IMG/VR virus record: IMGVR_UViG_3300017987_000001
Location: 1 to 64,000 of that record
Direction: 5' to 3' (one strand)
Length of the DNA: 64,000 nucleotides
Made by a program: the position numbers and the translations under genes. How positions within the stretch are numbered: the first letter of the stretch is position 1; the number at the start of each line of letters is the position of its first letter. The notes beneath the pieces were generated by a model that worked only from the letters and a program-made list of their open reading frames with translations, was not told the DNA's origin and searched no databases. This document shows, in pieces, positions 35,503 through 45,741 of this stretch.

Positions 35503-36734
35503 TAGCCGAGTACCTTCTCGAACTTCTTGACGAAGTCGTGGTACACTTTGCCCATCTGCGCGACGACATCCGATTTCTTGAAGACGTCCATGATCGGACT
35601 GCGCACGAATCTGGGCGCGCGATACACCGCATCGCACAACGACGATACGATGTCCGCAGCGTTGTTCAGCATCAGCACCTGACAGAAGCCGGTGAATCGC
35701 TCTCCCGCTTCCGGGTACTGGGTCGTGAACGTGTTGTCGGACTGTGCGATCACGCGAATCACATCGAGCTGCGTCGCACCAATGTATCCGCGTGCCTTGG
35801 TCCCACCACTGAACCAGCGCTGAACACGCTCTAGTTGCGCCGCGAACTGCTCCACGCTACTTCCGAGCAGCTCACGACCGAGAATAGGCACCTTGTCCGG
35901 CTGGTACCCACTCTGAAGGAACGTCAGCAACGGTGGCGAGATCGTATCGTCAATGACCGCTCGTGCGCTCTTGACGATGTTCGCGGCCGATTCGCCAGCG
36001 GCCCGTTGCGCCTCGACATGCACCGCCAACCCCATCCAACCACGCGGTGTGAGCTGGTTGAAGAAGCTGTCGTGGTTGAGGATGAACTGGTAGACCGTCG
36101 GCTTCATGATGATCGACCAGACGGCCAGCAGTTCAGCCTTCTCCGGTACGACGATGTACGGGTGCAGTCGTTCTTCGATCGAGTGGCACAGCTCGGCCTC
36201 AACCGTCGTGTAGTCGGCGGTCAGTGGGTTGCCGGTTGCCACGAGGATGCAGTTGGGGCTTACCTCGCGGTTATTGAACTTGGCCTTTCCCGCCGTCGAG
36301 TCGACGATCTGTCGCAGCTGGTTGAGCACCTTCTTGCTGGCCGTGGGAAGCTCGCTGATCTCCAGCAGCAGCGCTTCCTGTTCGAAGATCGGAAGCATCG
36401 CAGCTTCCATGTTCTCGGTGACCTTCTTGGTGGTCCCGTCCGGATTCGTGACAATCTTGCCCGCTGGGTCGGGAACGCCAAGGTTGTCATCGAAGAGTTG
36501 TGCGTCGGGATCCCAGCGACAGTACGGTATGCCGAGGTCGTCGGCGATGCACGTACACGTTGTCGACTTACCGTCTCCCGACTCACTGAGCATGATCGGG
36601 ATCTTGTTCACCCGTTCGCGCTTCGGCTGGCTCAGCAGGTACTTCGCGTGATTCGTGATCGCTCGGCGAGCGAACCCGAGGCTCACTTGGTACTTGTTCT
36701 GCTGATTCCAGACCGTCGTGAGCAGCCTGCCCAT
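35502..36734 (-). CDS. MoxR-like AAA+ ATPase
   Basis: Walker A SESGDGKST, atypical Walker B LLEISE, VATGNP sensor 1, arginine finger EERL; partner of the vWA gene. Confidence 0.8.
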   Translation of the reverse strand: MGRLLTTVWNQQNKYQVSLGFARRAITNHAKYLLSQPKRERVNKIPIMLSESGDGKSTTCTCIADDLGIPYCRWDPDAQLFDDNLGVPDPAGKIVTNPDGTTKKVTENMEAAMLPIFEQEALLLEISELPTASKKVLNQLRQIVDSTAGKAKFNNREVSPNCILVATGNPLTADYTTVEAELCHSIEERLHPYIVVPEKAELLAVWSIIMKPTVYQFILNHDSFFNQLTPRGWMGLAVHVEAQRAAGESAANIVKSARAVIDDTISPPLLTFLQSGYQPDKVPILGRELLGSSVEQFAAQLERVQRWFSGGTKARGYIGATQLDVIRVIAQSDNTFTTQYPEAGERFTGFCQVLMLNNAADIVSSLCDAVYRAPRFVRSPIMDVFKKSDVVAQMGKVYHDFVKKFEKVLG

Positions 36735-36990
36735 TACGATCTCCTGTCAGTCCGCGAGCTAGCACGCTGATGTGTTCCGAGAGCCGTACGATAGCCTTAA
36801 GCAATGTGTCGGCCCCTTGGTGCTGCTTGTCGTAAATGATGACCCCGAGAGGGACGTCGTCGTCCCCCACGTGCGTGATGAGTACAGCGTTGATCCCCGG
36901 GACTTTCAGGATCTTCTGCCCCGCATCTCTACTGATTTCGATTGCGAGGTCGTTCAGATTGGTCCTGTCCGTCGGGTTCATTGGAATCAC
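36583..36990 (-). CDS. hypothetical protein
   Basis: Operon context; 3' end overlaps the AAA gene. Confidence 0.45.
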   Translation of the reverse strand: MIPMNPTDRTNLNDLAIEISRDAGQKILKVPGINAVLITHVGDDDVPLGVIIYDKQHQGADTLLKAIVRLSEHISVLARGLTGDRNGQAAHDGLESAEQVPSEPRVRSPSDHESREVPAEPAEARTGEQDPDHAQ

Positions 36991-37147
36991 CCTTCACAAC
37001 GGCATACACGACTCCGAAGAGCACGAGCATGCCGCCGATGAAGAAGCCTATGGATTTTCCGAGGATCGCGCCACCCGCTATGCCGATGAGCGCTCCGAGG
37101 AAGGCAAAACCGATCGTTTCGTCACTCGGTCGATATGGTTCGCTCAA
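36929..37147 (-). CDS. small membrane protein (2 TM)
   Basis: Gly-rich hydrophobic hairpin. Confidence 0.5.
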   Translation of the reverse strand: MSEPYRPSDETIGFAFLGALIGIAGGAILGKSIGFFIGGMLVLFGVVYAVVKGDSNEPDGQDQSERPRNRNQ

Positions 37148-37343
37148 TCTCGCCCTTCACTTGATTGAGCGGCTTCGTCGCTAGTCGGTTGTCTGGTTCC
37201 TCCAGATTCCGAAGCTCCGGCAGTAAGTCGTGCGGCCGGAAGTGCGTCTTCAGCCGCCCCGGCGGGAAGCGTGGCAGGTCATCGAGTTCCTGTAGCACCA
37301 CCTTCTTGCGTTCGAGGTAGAGCATGGATGATCTTGTTGCCAT
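37122..37343 (-). CDS. small hypothetical protein, first gene of the leftward operon
   Basis: AGGAGG SD. Confidence 0.55.
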   Translation of the reverse strand: MATRSSMLYLERKKVVLQELDDLPRFPPGRLKTHFRPHDLLPELRNLEEPDNRLATKPLNQVKGEIERTISTE

Positions 37344-37482
37344 AATGTGTGCCTCCTGCTACACTTCCACTAGAGGTCTTTCGCGATACCACGCAGGATG
37401 CTGAGGATGGATCGAAAGTACACACCAACCTTGTCAGCAAAGTTATCCCACATGATTCTGACCCTCCAATTGTACATTATCG

Positions 37483-39303
37483 ATGCACCGAAGGGAAGGC
37501 GTGATGGTAATCACTGAAGCACAGACGCCGCAAGCGCCGAAGTCTGTGGCGGAAGCGATCACCTCGCTTGCCCATCAGTACACGGAGCACACAGTCGACA
37601 CCTTGGTGCCACTGTTGCCCCTTCTGACCTTAAAGGGCGAGCCGTACACGCTCAGTCACCACGCGCCGTTCGAGCCGCTCTTCGATTTGAGCTTGCCCAA
37701 GCGGACGACGTGGAAGACCGGACGGCAGGTCTCGAAGACGACAGGGCTATCGTCGCAGTCGGTCCTTCACTGCGCGATTCAGCCCTACTTCGCCACCCTT
37801 TTCGTGGCTCCACGCTTTGAGCAGATCCGCCGCGTCTCGGCGAACTACGTGAAGCCGTTCATTGAGAACAGCATACTGGACAAACTGATCGCGGGGAAAT
37901 CCGTCGAACGGTCTGTCCTTCAGAAGACCTTCCGCAACGAGGCGCGGATGTACTTCAGCTTTGCGTTCCTCGACGTCGACCGCATTCGTGGTCTGTCCGT
38001 CGACTGCGTGAAGTACGACGAGATCCAAGATATCGATACTGACTTCATCCCGATTATCAAGGAGTGTATGTCCGCGTCGCGCTATGGAATCGAAATGTTC
38101 TTCGGCACGCCCAAGACTCTCGACAACACCATTCAGGTGCTGTGGGAGCGCTCATCGCAGGCCGAATGGGTCACACGATGTCAGGCGTGCAACCACGAGA
38201 ATATTCCGGGGCTTGAGTATCACCTTCTCAAGATGATCGGCCCGCGCGGGCCGGTCTGTGCCAAATGCGGACGTGACATCCAGCCTAGGACTGGGCGCTG
38301 GATACACGCTAACCCCGATGAGCTTCCGTTGAACGTCGGGTACCATGTTCCCCAGATCATCATGCCGATGCACTATGAGGATCTGGACGAACCGTGGAAG
38401 CTACAGGAACATCCTACCGAGAAGTGGTTGGATCTGCTCGGTAAGCGGGAAGGCCGCAACAACTACACTGAGGCCAAGTTCCTGAACGAGGTTTTGGGCG
38501 AGTCATGTGATGTCGGCACCAAACTGGTTACGCTCACCGACATCAAACGCGTCGCCACGTTGAACAAGAACACCGAGAAAGACGCACTTCGCAGCATCCA
38601 TAACTACCTGTACCGGGCCATGGGCGTTGACTGGGGCGGCGGCGGTGAGGACGAAATCTCCTTCACTGTCGTCACCGTCGTCGGCATGAACCCACAGAGC
38701 GGTAAGATGGAGTGCATCTTCGCGAAACGACTACACTTGGGCTACTCCCATATCGAGGAAGCACAGGAGGTGATGCGCCTGTTCAAGGCGTTCCAGTGCC
38801 ACTACTTCTGCCACGATTACGGAGGTTCGGGATCTGTCCGTGAGGCCCTGATGATTCAATCCGGGTTCCCCATAGAGAAGATCCTGCCCTTCATGTACGT
38901 TCGCGCGACCGTGAACAAGATGGTCGAAGCCAAGCGTCCCGGCGGCTTCAACCAACGCGCCTACTACACGGTCGACAAGGCGCGATCGCTGGTCCTGCAG
39001 GCTCAGTGCATCAAGACCCAAGCCATTCAGCTGTTCAAATACGACTCTGAATCGCAGGAAATCCTACACGACCTACTCGCTCTCATTGAGGCCAAGAGCG
39101 AGCGCCCCGGTGCCGCAGACGTATTCCTCATCACGCGCAATGCGAAGATGCCCGACGACTTCGCACACGCTCTGAATTTCGCCTGCATCGGCATCTGGCA
39201 CGTCCACAAAGCGTATCCAGACCTGACAAAGCTCACCCAAATCAAGCTTACGCCCGAGCAGCGGAACTTCGCTGACCCGGTCGTACAGGACTGGAACGAG
39301 TAG
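37483..39303 (+). CDS. terL: terminase large subunit (GpA-like)
   Basis: GRQVSKTT Walker A, RIRG...YDEIQD Walker B, GTPK, CxxC pairs, MGVDWG nuclease, DDFAHA; likely start 37501 or 37504. Confidence 0.9.
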   Translation: MHRREGVMVITEAQTPQAPKSVAEAITSLAHQYTEHTVDTLVPLLPLLTLKGEPYTLSHHAPFEPLFDLSLPKRTTWKTGRQVSKTTGLSSQSVLHCAIQPYFATLFVAPRFEQIRRVSANYVKPFIENSILDKLIAGKSVERSVLQKTFRNEARMYFSFAFLDVDRIRGLSVDCVKYDEIQDIDTDFIPIIKECMSASRYGIEMFFGTPKTLDNTIQVLWERSSQAEWVTRCQACNHENIPGLEYHLLKMIGPRGPVCAKCGRDIQPRTGRWIHANPDELPLNVGYHVPQIIMPMHYEDLDEPWKLQEHPTEKWLDLLGKREGRNNYTEAKFLNEVLGESCDVGTKLVTLTDIKRVATLNKNTEKDALRSIHNYLYRAMGVDWGGGGEDEISFTVVTVVGMNPQSGKMECIFAKRLHLGYSHIEEAQEVMRLFKAFQCHYFCHDYGGSGSVREALMIQSGFPIEKILPFMYVRATVNKMVEAKRPGGFNQRAYYTVDKARSLVLQAQCIKTQAIQLFKYDSESQEILHDLLALIEAKSERPGAADVFLITRNAKMPDDFAHALNFACIGIWHVHKAYPDLTKLTQIKLTPEQRNFADPVVQDWNE

Positions 39304-39326
39304 CTGATATCAAAAAGGGGATTCAG

Positions 39327-39361
39327 CCATGCCCCGGTCGCGCAAGGCGACCGGGGCGTGG
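39327..39361. terminator. strong hairpin between convergent genes
   Basis: CCATGCCCCGGTCGC/GCGACCGGGGCGTGG 15-bp stem. Confidence 0.55.
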
Positions 39362-40033
39362 TCAGGTGTAAAGAAGCCCCTAGTGGATGGCCCGGCTAGC
39401 CCGGGCCGACGACGGATCGAGAAGACCCGGCGTGAGTGAAGACATCAGTGCAATGTCGTCCGTGTAATCATCGGACGACCTGCCACACGCGTGACACACC
39501 TCACCGATTGTATCATTGGTGAGTTGCTCCCCGCATTCACAAACCTTGTCGTTCCGCAGTTGCAGTTCGAGCAACCTCAGTTCGACACGATCTCTCTGAC
39601 GCTCCGCCCAGTCCTGCATGACAGTCCCATTCCACCCCCCACGGTAGAAAAGACTTGGGCCGTCCCTACGTAGTAGGGGCGGCCCAACACCCGAAAAACA
39701 GCCATTTGCCGATGCGCGCATAGCACGATCGGCGGTCCATATCATTATAACGCGAAAATGGCCCGAATTTAGGCTCTCAGGACTACTTTCGGCCCCCAAC
39801 GCCCTTTGCACTTGTAGAGCGTCGCGGACCACAATCTGCGGCATCGTTGACACCTACAGACCGCCTTCAGCTTGCGCTGCTTGGACGGAATGCCGTCTAT
39901 CACGATGCGCAAGCGTCGATGACAGCATGGGGAGACAACTATGAGCAGCGTGTCGGACCATTGGGTGACCCGACCATTGAATGACTGCCCCATCGAGACG
40001 GTTGCAGGGGGTGGCGTGCGCGGGATCTTGATC

Positions 40034-42682
40034 TTACGGTCGGGTGTTTGACCAGCGGCGCGCTTCGTTCTCCCAGTAGTCGAGGTTGAGGATGAAGCCG
40101 TTCGACCCTGATTCGAAGCCGTTTTGCCGGGAGTTGACTGCCAGCTCCCGGATCGCGGTTTCAGTATCCGGTTTTGGATACGCTTTGAGCGCTTTGAGGA
40201 GCGCTGGCTCGTGGACAAAGACTTTCTCGGCACCATCGTCAATAACGACAAGGGTGCTTTGAGAGCGAACGTCGCCAGCGCCGCGTCGCTGGAAGTCTGC
40301 ATAGATGTCGTCATGGTCTACCCTCAATTTCTGATCTTCCCGCACCCAAAAGATCAGCTGCAGCAGCTTCAGGTCAGGGCTGCCGATGTCCGGCGTCTGA
40401 ATCAGCTTCGCAGCTTCGGAGAATACGCCCATATCGAGAGCATGTAGCTCTTCGTCCGCCCACTCTGTGAGCGCAGTCAGTACGCTAGACTGAAGGTTGG
40501 ACCCGAATCCCAGTTGGAATCCCCGAGCCTGCAGCCATGCGACAAAGCGCATGGCGCCCTGCAACTTCGGGAGGGCCGTACGCTGTGAAATCACCTCCGA
40601 ACTGTGGATGAAGACCCAGCTATCTCCGACGGCCAGCGCCACGGCCTGCGGCTTCGCGAACTGCGTCATGATGTTGACCTGATCCGTGGCGCTGAGTCGG
40701 GCGAGGATGTGCGTGGCTTGCGGGTCGAAGTCGACCCAGATCGGGTAGCCGTGCTGGTTGCTCTCCTTGTGGACATCCTGAAGTGCGTAGGCGGGCTGCT
40801 TGCGCGCCATCCGCTCGTGCTGGAACGTCGGCATGTCGAGCTGTCGGGCGAAGTGCCGACCGACAATGCTCGCTATGGAGCCTACACCCCCCACGAACGC
40901 GATCGGGGATACCTCATCGCCCACGACCGGGGCCAAGAGGTTTGCCATGAAGCAAGCCAATCCGGCCCAGATCGTGGCGTTCTCCTTCGTGTTCGTCATC
41001 GCCGCGTCCCAGTCCCCCTGACTCAGTGGCTCCGAGGTCAGGTTGGCTGCCGGGAGCTTCGACCCCATGGCATACAGCGTGTCATCGATGCGTCCGTCCC
41101 GAATACTGAAGTTCGGGAAGATGAATGCCTGCTGGTCCGGGTACCACCCGATGCGACTGTACCCCTGCGCATAGACGGGGGGACAGAACTGCTTCGCGAT
41201 CTCGATGATGTGCCGTCCCATGATCCGCTGCAGCGTCGGAACGCCCAGACCTCCGGCCATCATCGTCTTGCGCAGCCAGTCGGCCGGGCGCCGCTCGACA
41301 ACATCGATGTGCTCTTGGAAGCGGACCGTCTTGCCTTCGGCAGTGATCGTGCCCTCGTACTGATCGACCCCGGAGTCCTGCGCGTGAATGGCGCGGGTGA
41401 TTCGGATGACGGCATTGCACAGCAGCTCGCGGTGTCCGTCGCGCACGATCCACCACGCTCCGTCCGCTTCGACGACGCGCTGCTTGTTGACATAGACCGC
41501 CTGCTCGATCGGCTTCTCGCCAATAACCTGCTTCACCATCTCGCGCTCGATGGTCGAGCACAGCTCGTAGACGCGATTCATGTCGTATGCGGTCAGGTCG
41601 AGGCTCTTGATCGTGTCATAGATCTCGCCGCGATCGTCGTGCGTCAGAATGTACTGCTTCAGTGCTTCCGACCACGGCACCGCCGAGTCGGACATCAGCG
41701 TGAGCACCTTCGGGACCGTCGTATGTCGCAGATACTCGTAGGCGTCCGAGAAGCGCGGCCTCGTCGCGACGTGCGCGCGTGCATGCTTGCGCGACTGGAA
41801 GAACATCCGGAAGCTGAGTTCGTGGTCCCAGAAGATCACGCGCCGCGCGTAGATCGACATCCACGACTTGTCCGTCATCGTCCCATACACCACGACCTTC
41901 AGCGGCTCGTTCTCACAAACGAAGTTCCGCCGCTGCAGCTGAAGTGCGAACAGCGGGTCGCTGACGGCGAGAACGATGTCGTCCTCCAGTCCAGTCGAGT
42001 CGAGCATCATGAGACCGTCGTCGCGCGGGGCGTCCCACAGGTGCACGCGCGCCGTACCGCTCTTCCCGATCAGCAGGAACGATACGATGCGCCCGGGCAC
42101 GTCGTAGTACGGGCACACGAAGAAGTACGTGTTGAAGCCGTTCGGGACGTCGAGGCCAGCCCTGCGGGCCGTTGCCTTGTCAGCACAACCGAGGAAGCGC
42201 CCAAGCGTAGCTGCCCACTCGGCCGGTACGCTGCGCCCGATCCAGAGCTGGTGCGCTTGGAACAGCTCCAGCCAATGCTGGTTAATGTTGAGCACCTGCT
42301 GGCGGGCATTCTCGAAGAACTGCTGGAACTGCTTGCGCCTCGTGATGTAGTACTTGACGTATGACTCGACGCACTCACGGGTTAGCTCACTGACCGTCAT
42401 GGGGATCAGGCGCTGCTTCGCCAGCTCAAGCACCGCAGCGTGTAGGTCGTGGAAGCCGTGTCCGGCCGCGTACAGCTCGATCGAGTCCCCGTTGAAGTTG
42501 CAGGCACGACAGGTGTACCAGCGACCGCCCGCGCCGGGAGACACGTAAACGTAGAGCGATTCACGCCTACAGAGCGGGCATACGGTAGCGGAGGGGAGAT
42601 GATTCTTGACCGGCACGTCGAAAGACTGTAATATCTGGTCGTGACCTATGTGAACATTCAAGTCCGTTGGAGGGTTTACCAT
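40034..42682 (-). CDS. primase-like protein (N-terminal zinc-binding domain, degenerate TOPRIM, DUF927-like region)
   Basis: CPLC...WYTCRAC..GD.IEL zinc domain; G..RIGW....FIFPN; true start probably about 42616. Confidence 0.6.
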   Translation of the reverse strand: MVNPPTDLNVHIGHDQILQSFDVPVKNHLPSATVCPLCRRESLYVYVSPGAGGRWYTCRACNFNGDSIELYAAGHGFHDLHAAVLELAKQRLIPMTVSELTRECVESYVKYYITRRKQFQQFFENARQQVLNINQHWLELFQAHQLWIGRSVPAEWAATLGRFLGCADKATARRAGLDVPNGFNTYFFVCPYYDVPGRIVSFLLIGKSGTARVHLWDAPRDDGLMMLDSTGLEDDIVLAVSDPLFALQLQRRNFVCENEPLKVVVYGTMTDKSWMSIYARRVIFWDHELSFRMFFQSRKHARAHVATRPRFSDAYEYLRHTTVPKVLTLMSDSAVPWSEALKQYILTHDDRGEIYDTIKSLDLTAYDMNRVYELCSTIEREMVKQVIGEKPIEQAVYVNKQRVVEADGAWWIVRDGHRELLCNAVIRITRAIHAQDSGVDQYEGTITAEGKTVRFQEHIDVVERRPADWLRKTMMAGGLGVPTLQRIMGRHIIEIAKQFCPPVYAQGYSRIGWYPDQQAFIFPNFSIRDGRIDDTLYAMGSKLPAANLTSEPLSQGDWDAAMTNTKENATIWAGLACFMANLLAPVVGDEVSPIAFVGGVGSIASIVGRHFARQLDMPTFQHERMARKQPAYALQDVHKESNQHGYPIWVDFDPQATHILARLSATDQVNIMTQFAKPQAVALAVGDSWVFIHSSEVISQRTALPKLQGAMRFVAWLQARGFQLGFGSNLQSSVLTALTEWADEELHALDMGVFSEAAKLIQTPDIGSPDLKLLQLIFWVREDQKLRVDHDDIYADFQRRGAGDVRSQSTLVVIDDGAEKVFVHEPALLKALKAYPKPDTETAIRELAVNSRQNGFESGSNGFILNLDYWENEARRWSNTRP

Positions 42683-43814
42683 GCCCGTTGCCCAGATCGT
42701 TGATGTTGCCAGCGATGCGAGCCATCAGACACTATTCAAGCTCGCCAAGCTTGTCGACTTCCCCGCCTTCGTGAAGGATGCGGACGCCGACGATGCCGAG
42801 ACGGTCAGCAAGCTCCCTCCAGCGGTATTCGCCGACCCGATCAACCGCAAGTTCCCGTGCCACACGAAGGCAGCAACGTGGCTCTCGCAGCTGTACTTCC
42901 TCGACTCCCGGCATCAGTACCCTACCCGCCGGATTTCAGAAGTTCAAGACCGAATCAGCAAGGCTGCTGCTTTCTTCGCGATCGACGAGGACGTGAAGCA
43001 GGCAATGGCCCGCTGGGGCGACCACGAGAAGACCACGCAGGAGCTGACAGACCGCGATTTCGCCATCATCGCCGACTTCGACGACCAGCGTCATCGCGCG
43101 CTGCCCATCAACAACGCCGAGAGCATCAAGGCAGCTGCACGGGAGATCTCCGAGAAGAAGGCCAACTACCCCTTCGAGATTCGCCACCTCGCCGCTCGTC
43201 GTATCCTGCACGCCGCCAAGGAGCAGCAGGTGCAGCTCCCACTGGAGACCACCGAGTATCTGCACAAGGCCGCAGGCTTCGGCATGACGCTGCCCGAGCG
43301 CGCCGCCGAGAAGCTTGGCCTTCGCGTGCTCATGATGCCGAAGAGTGCATCCGCCGAGCGGCTCACCGGCGCGAAGCTCGCTCAGACCATCTCGAAGATG
43401 GAAGAGATCTCGAACTCCGAGCTTGTGAAGCTCGCGCACATCGTCGATCGCATCGACCTTGAGTTCGGACTGCATCACCACTACGACGAGGGTGTCGACA
43501 CCCCCGAGGAGATCTTCTTCGAGCTGACCTCCAACAAGGCTGCGTCTCTTCGTGACGACTACGTCGAGCTGACCACCGGTACGATCGTCCCGATCAGCGC
43601 GCTGGAGAACATCCCCATCGCCAAGGTCGCTGCAGCGCTCGGTGACGACTTCATGAAGTCGATCACCGCTGACGGCAATCTCGACATCGACTTCGACAAG
43701 TTCGCGCGCATCGCTCCGACGCTTCCACGCAGCGACGCTGAACTGCTTGAGCGCGCGATCGCGTCTTGCGGCGTCAACCTCGACGCGCTCGGCATGGACG
43801 AGCTGGTGAGCTGA
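42681..43814 (+). CDS. putative virion head-associated protein with two FA..P..R.(F/L)P motifs
   Basis: LPPAVFADPINRKFPCHT and LTDRDFA...RALPINN; same strand as terL. Confidence 0.6.
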   Translation: MPVAQIVDVASDASHQTLFKLAKLVDFPAFVKDADADDAETVSKLPPAVFADPINRKFPCHTKAATWLSQLYFLDSRHQYPTRRISEVQDRISKAAAFFAIDEDVKQAMARWGDHEKTTQELTDRDFAIIADFDDQRHRALPINNAESIKAAAREISEKKANYPFEIRHLAARRILHAAKEQQVQLPLETTEYLHKAAGFGMTLPERAAEKLGLRVLMMPKSASAERLTGAKLAQTISKMEEISNSELVKLAHIVDRIDLEFGLHHHYDEGVDTPEEIFFELTSNKAASLRDDYVELTTGTIVPISALENIPIAKVAAALGDDFMKSITADGNLDIDFDKFARIAPTLPRSDAELLERAIASCGVNLDALGMDELVS

Positions 43815-44041
43815 TGCCTGCAACGAACGGTCTTCCTATCAATCCGGCGCTCAGTCCGATGAAGATGAAGATCCGGGCGATGATGAACGCGTCCAAGCAG
43901 AACCCGAACAGTCAGAAGACCAAGGCGAACATGAGCCTGCTCACGCAGACCGGCGGTATCACGCCGCAGGCTGCCGCACTCGCACTCGTCGAGAAGCGCG
44001 CACAGATCGATCGCTTCGTCGATCACATCCTGTTTGGATAA
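43814..44041 (+). CDS. small hypothetical protein
   Basis: TGATG coupling. Confidence 0.6.
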   Translation: MPATNGLPINPALSPMKMKIRAMMNASKQNPNSQKTKANMSLLTQTGGITPQAAALALVEKRAQIDRFVDHILFG

Positions 44042-44043
44042 CC

Positions 44044-44796
44044 ATGCCCCTGCTCCGCAAGGACCAACTCGCTGCTGTCATCGAGAACGAGGAGTCGCTT
44101 GCGACTACGCTCCTCGTCGCGTGTATCGATCAGTTCGGCACCGACTTCTTCGAGTGGGAGCCTCAGACATTCGACCTCGAACTGAAGGGCGCCTTCGGCA
44201 CCGAGATGCCGCAGGTCAATCGCGACAAGCTCTGGGCACTCATCACGTCTCTCACCACGAACCTCTTCTACATCAGCCTTGAGACGTTCATCCCCACCTG
44301 CAACTCACTGAACGACGCCGAGGCGAACTTCCAGTATTACGACCCCGTCACCAGCGAAGAGGCGGCGTGGGCGATCACCGAGGTGCTTCTCAACAGCCCG
44401 CCGGAGGGTGACGAAGATCCGGCCGATCGCTTTAGCCACGAGATCAAGCAGTACATCGGGTACACGCTCGAATCGGAGGGGATCACCGAGCCTCCGGCAT
44501 CGCTGGAACCCTACGTCGAGATGCGCGCGAAGCCCGGCGAAGATCTCGGGATTACCGTCGGCCCGGACGAGACGATGGTGAAGATGTACGCTGATCGGCA
44601 GGCTGGTGAGAAGGAGAACATCGAGAAGTACGTTACGGACCGTCTGGACCAGCTGGCTGCTCAGCTTCAACAGCTTCCGCTTGTGCACGGCGAGGTTGCC
44701 GGGCTTGTTGATCACCTACGACAAGCGCGAGTAGCCGCGACAGCGATATCCCAACCTGCAGAATCGGCGGCCCCCAACCCTCTGCCACTTCTGTAG
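44044..44796 (+). CDS. acidic hypothetical protein (putative virion-associated)
   Basis: 250 aa, strong codon bias. Confidence 0.7.
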   Translation: MPLLRKDQLAAVIENEESLATTLLVACIDQFGTDFFEWEPQTFDLELKGAFGTEMPQVNRDKLWALITSLTTNLFYISLETFIPTCNSLNDAEANFQYYDPVTSEEAAWAITEVLLNSPPEGDEDPADRFSHEIKQYIGYTLESEGITEPPASLEPYVEMRAKPGEDLGITVGPDETMVKMYADRQAGEKENIEKYVTDRLDQLAAQLQQLPLVHGEVAGLVDHLRQARVAATAISQPAESAAPNPLPLL

Positions 44797-45136
44797 CCTT
44801 CCTGAAGTCGAAGTAGCTCCGATTGGTCAGCAGGTCTGCCAGCAACGACGTCACCTGATTGTCGAGCACCGTCAGCAGCAGCGGAGTACGCTTCGTCTGC
44901 CCCCACTGCTCCATCGTCTCCCTGTAGTGCCGGAAGATCGCCTGCACGTGCTGGAGCGTATGCCCTACGTCGAGCAGTAGCTGCGAGCCGAGCACCGCCA
45001 TCGTCTCGGTCTCGCTGAGCTTGTCATCGTCGGTGACGTCGCGATTGAACACAGAAGCGACAACAGTCCGAACAAGCCCACTGCCGGGCTTGATCGGACT
45101 GTCGTTGAGCTGCTTCTGTGAGATGTCGTAAGACAT
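44633..45136 (-). CDS. hypothetical protein
   Basis: TGATG coupling; 3' end overlaps the convergent gene. Confidence 0.5.
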   Translation of the reverse strand: MSYDISQKQLNDSPIKPGSGLVRTVVASVFNRDVTDDDKLSETETMAVLGSQLLLDVGHTLQHVQAIFRHYRETMEQWGQTKRTPLLLTVLDNQVTSLLADLLTNRSYFDFRKATEVAEGWGPPILQVGISLSRLLALVVGDQQARQPRRAQAEAVEAEQPAGPDGP

Positions 45137-45534
45137 CAGATACCCGGAGTGAGCCGGAAGTCGCGCCGCCAGACCTGCGGGTTGCGCTGCTCTTCCTTCG
45201 CCGCAGCCATCTCCTCCTCGGGCACGTACATGCCCGCGAGCGCCTCGATACCGGCGTTGGTCAGTCCGAACTCGAAGCGCTGGGCATAGGCAAGGTTCCG
45301 CGCCTTCGTCGACATCAGCTGCTCGGGGTCTGCGCACTCCACCGTCACGTGCAGCTTGCCGCCCTCGAACTTCGACTCGACGACCTTGACGTCCCCGTCC
45401 TCTTTCGGGATGCCCTTCCCGCCCGACTGATTCTTCGCCTCCGCCTGCTGCCCCTGCTCGCCTACCGGCTTCGGCTGCAGGATGTTCCCAACCCGTCTTC
45501 CTTCAGTGTCGTGAGAGTCGAATGGATCGCCCAT
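45136..45534 (-). CDS. hypothetical protein
   Basis: GAAAGGAG SD; upstream TTGACC-18-TACACT promoter-like sequence (45560-45589). Confidence 0.7.
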   Translation of the reverse strand: MGDPFDSHDTEGRRVGNILQPKPVGEQGQQAEAKNQSGGKGIPKEDGDVKVVESKFEGGKLHVTVECADPEQLMSTKARNLAYAQRFEFGLTNAGIEALAGMYVPEEEMAAAKEEQRNPQVWRRDFRLTPGI

Positions 45535-45604
45535 AACGATCTCCTTTCAAGGTTCGTTCAGTGTAAATCAACCCTCATGCTCAGGTCAAGCGGAACTGAT
45601 AGCT

Positions 45605-45634
45605 AAAAAAAGCCCGGGCTAGAATGCCCGGGCT
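45605..45634 (-). terminator. intrinsic terminator
   Basis: AGCCCGGGC/GCCCGGGCT stem plus T7. Confidence 0.75.
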
Positions 45635-45741
45635 GTGAGTTCATGCCACATCCAGCTGAGTACGTGAAAGAAGATCCACGCACCTAAGATCCAGCCAACC
45701 ACACGGGCCGTCCACGTGTCGGACGCGTCCATCTTGGCCAT

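Noticed and set aside
37443-37451. DnaA-box-like TTATCCCCA in the divergent intergenic region
   Set aside because: A single mismatched copy with no AT-rich unwinding element or iterons; insufficient for an origin call.
39380-40033. Small minus-strand Cys-rich ORFs between terL and the primase-like gene
   Set aside because: Possibly real, but starts are ambiguous and codon usage is atypical, so they were not listed as features.
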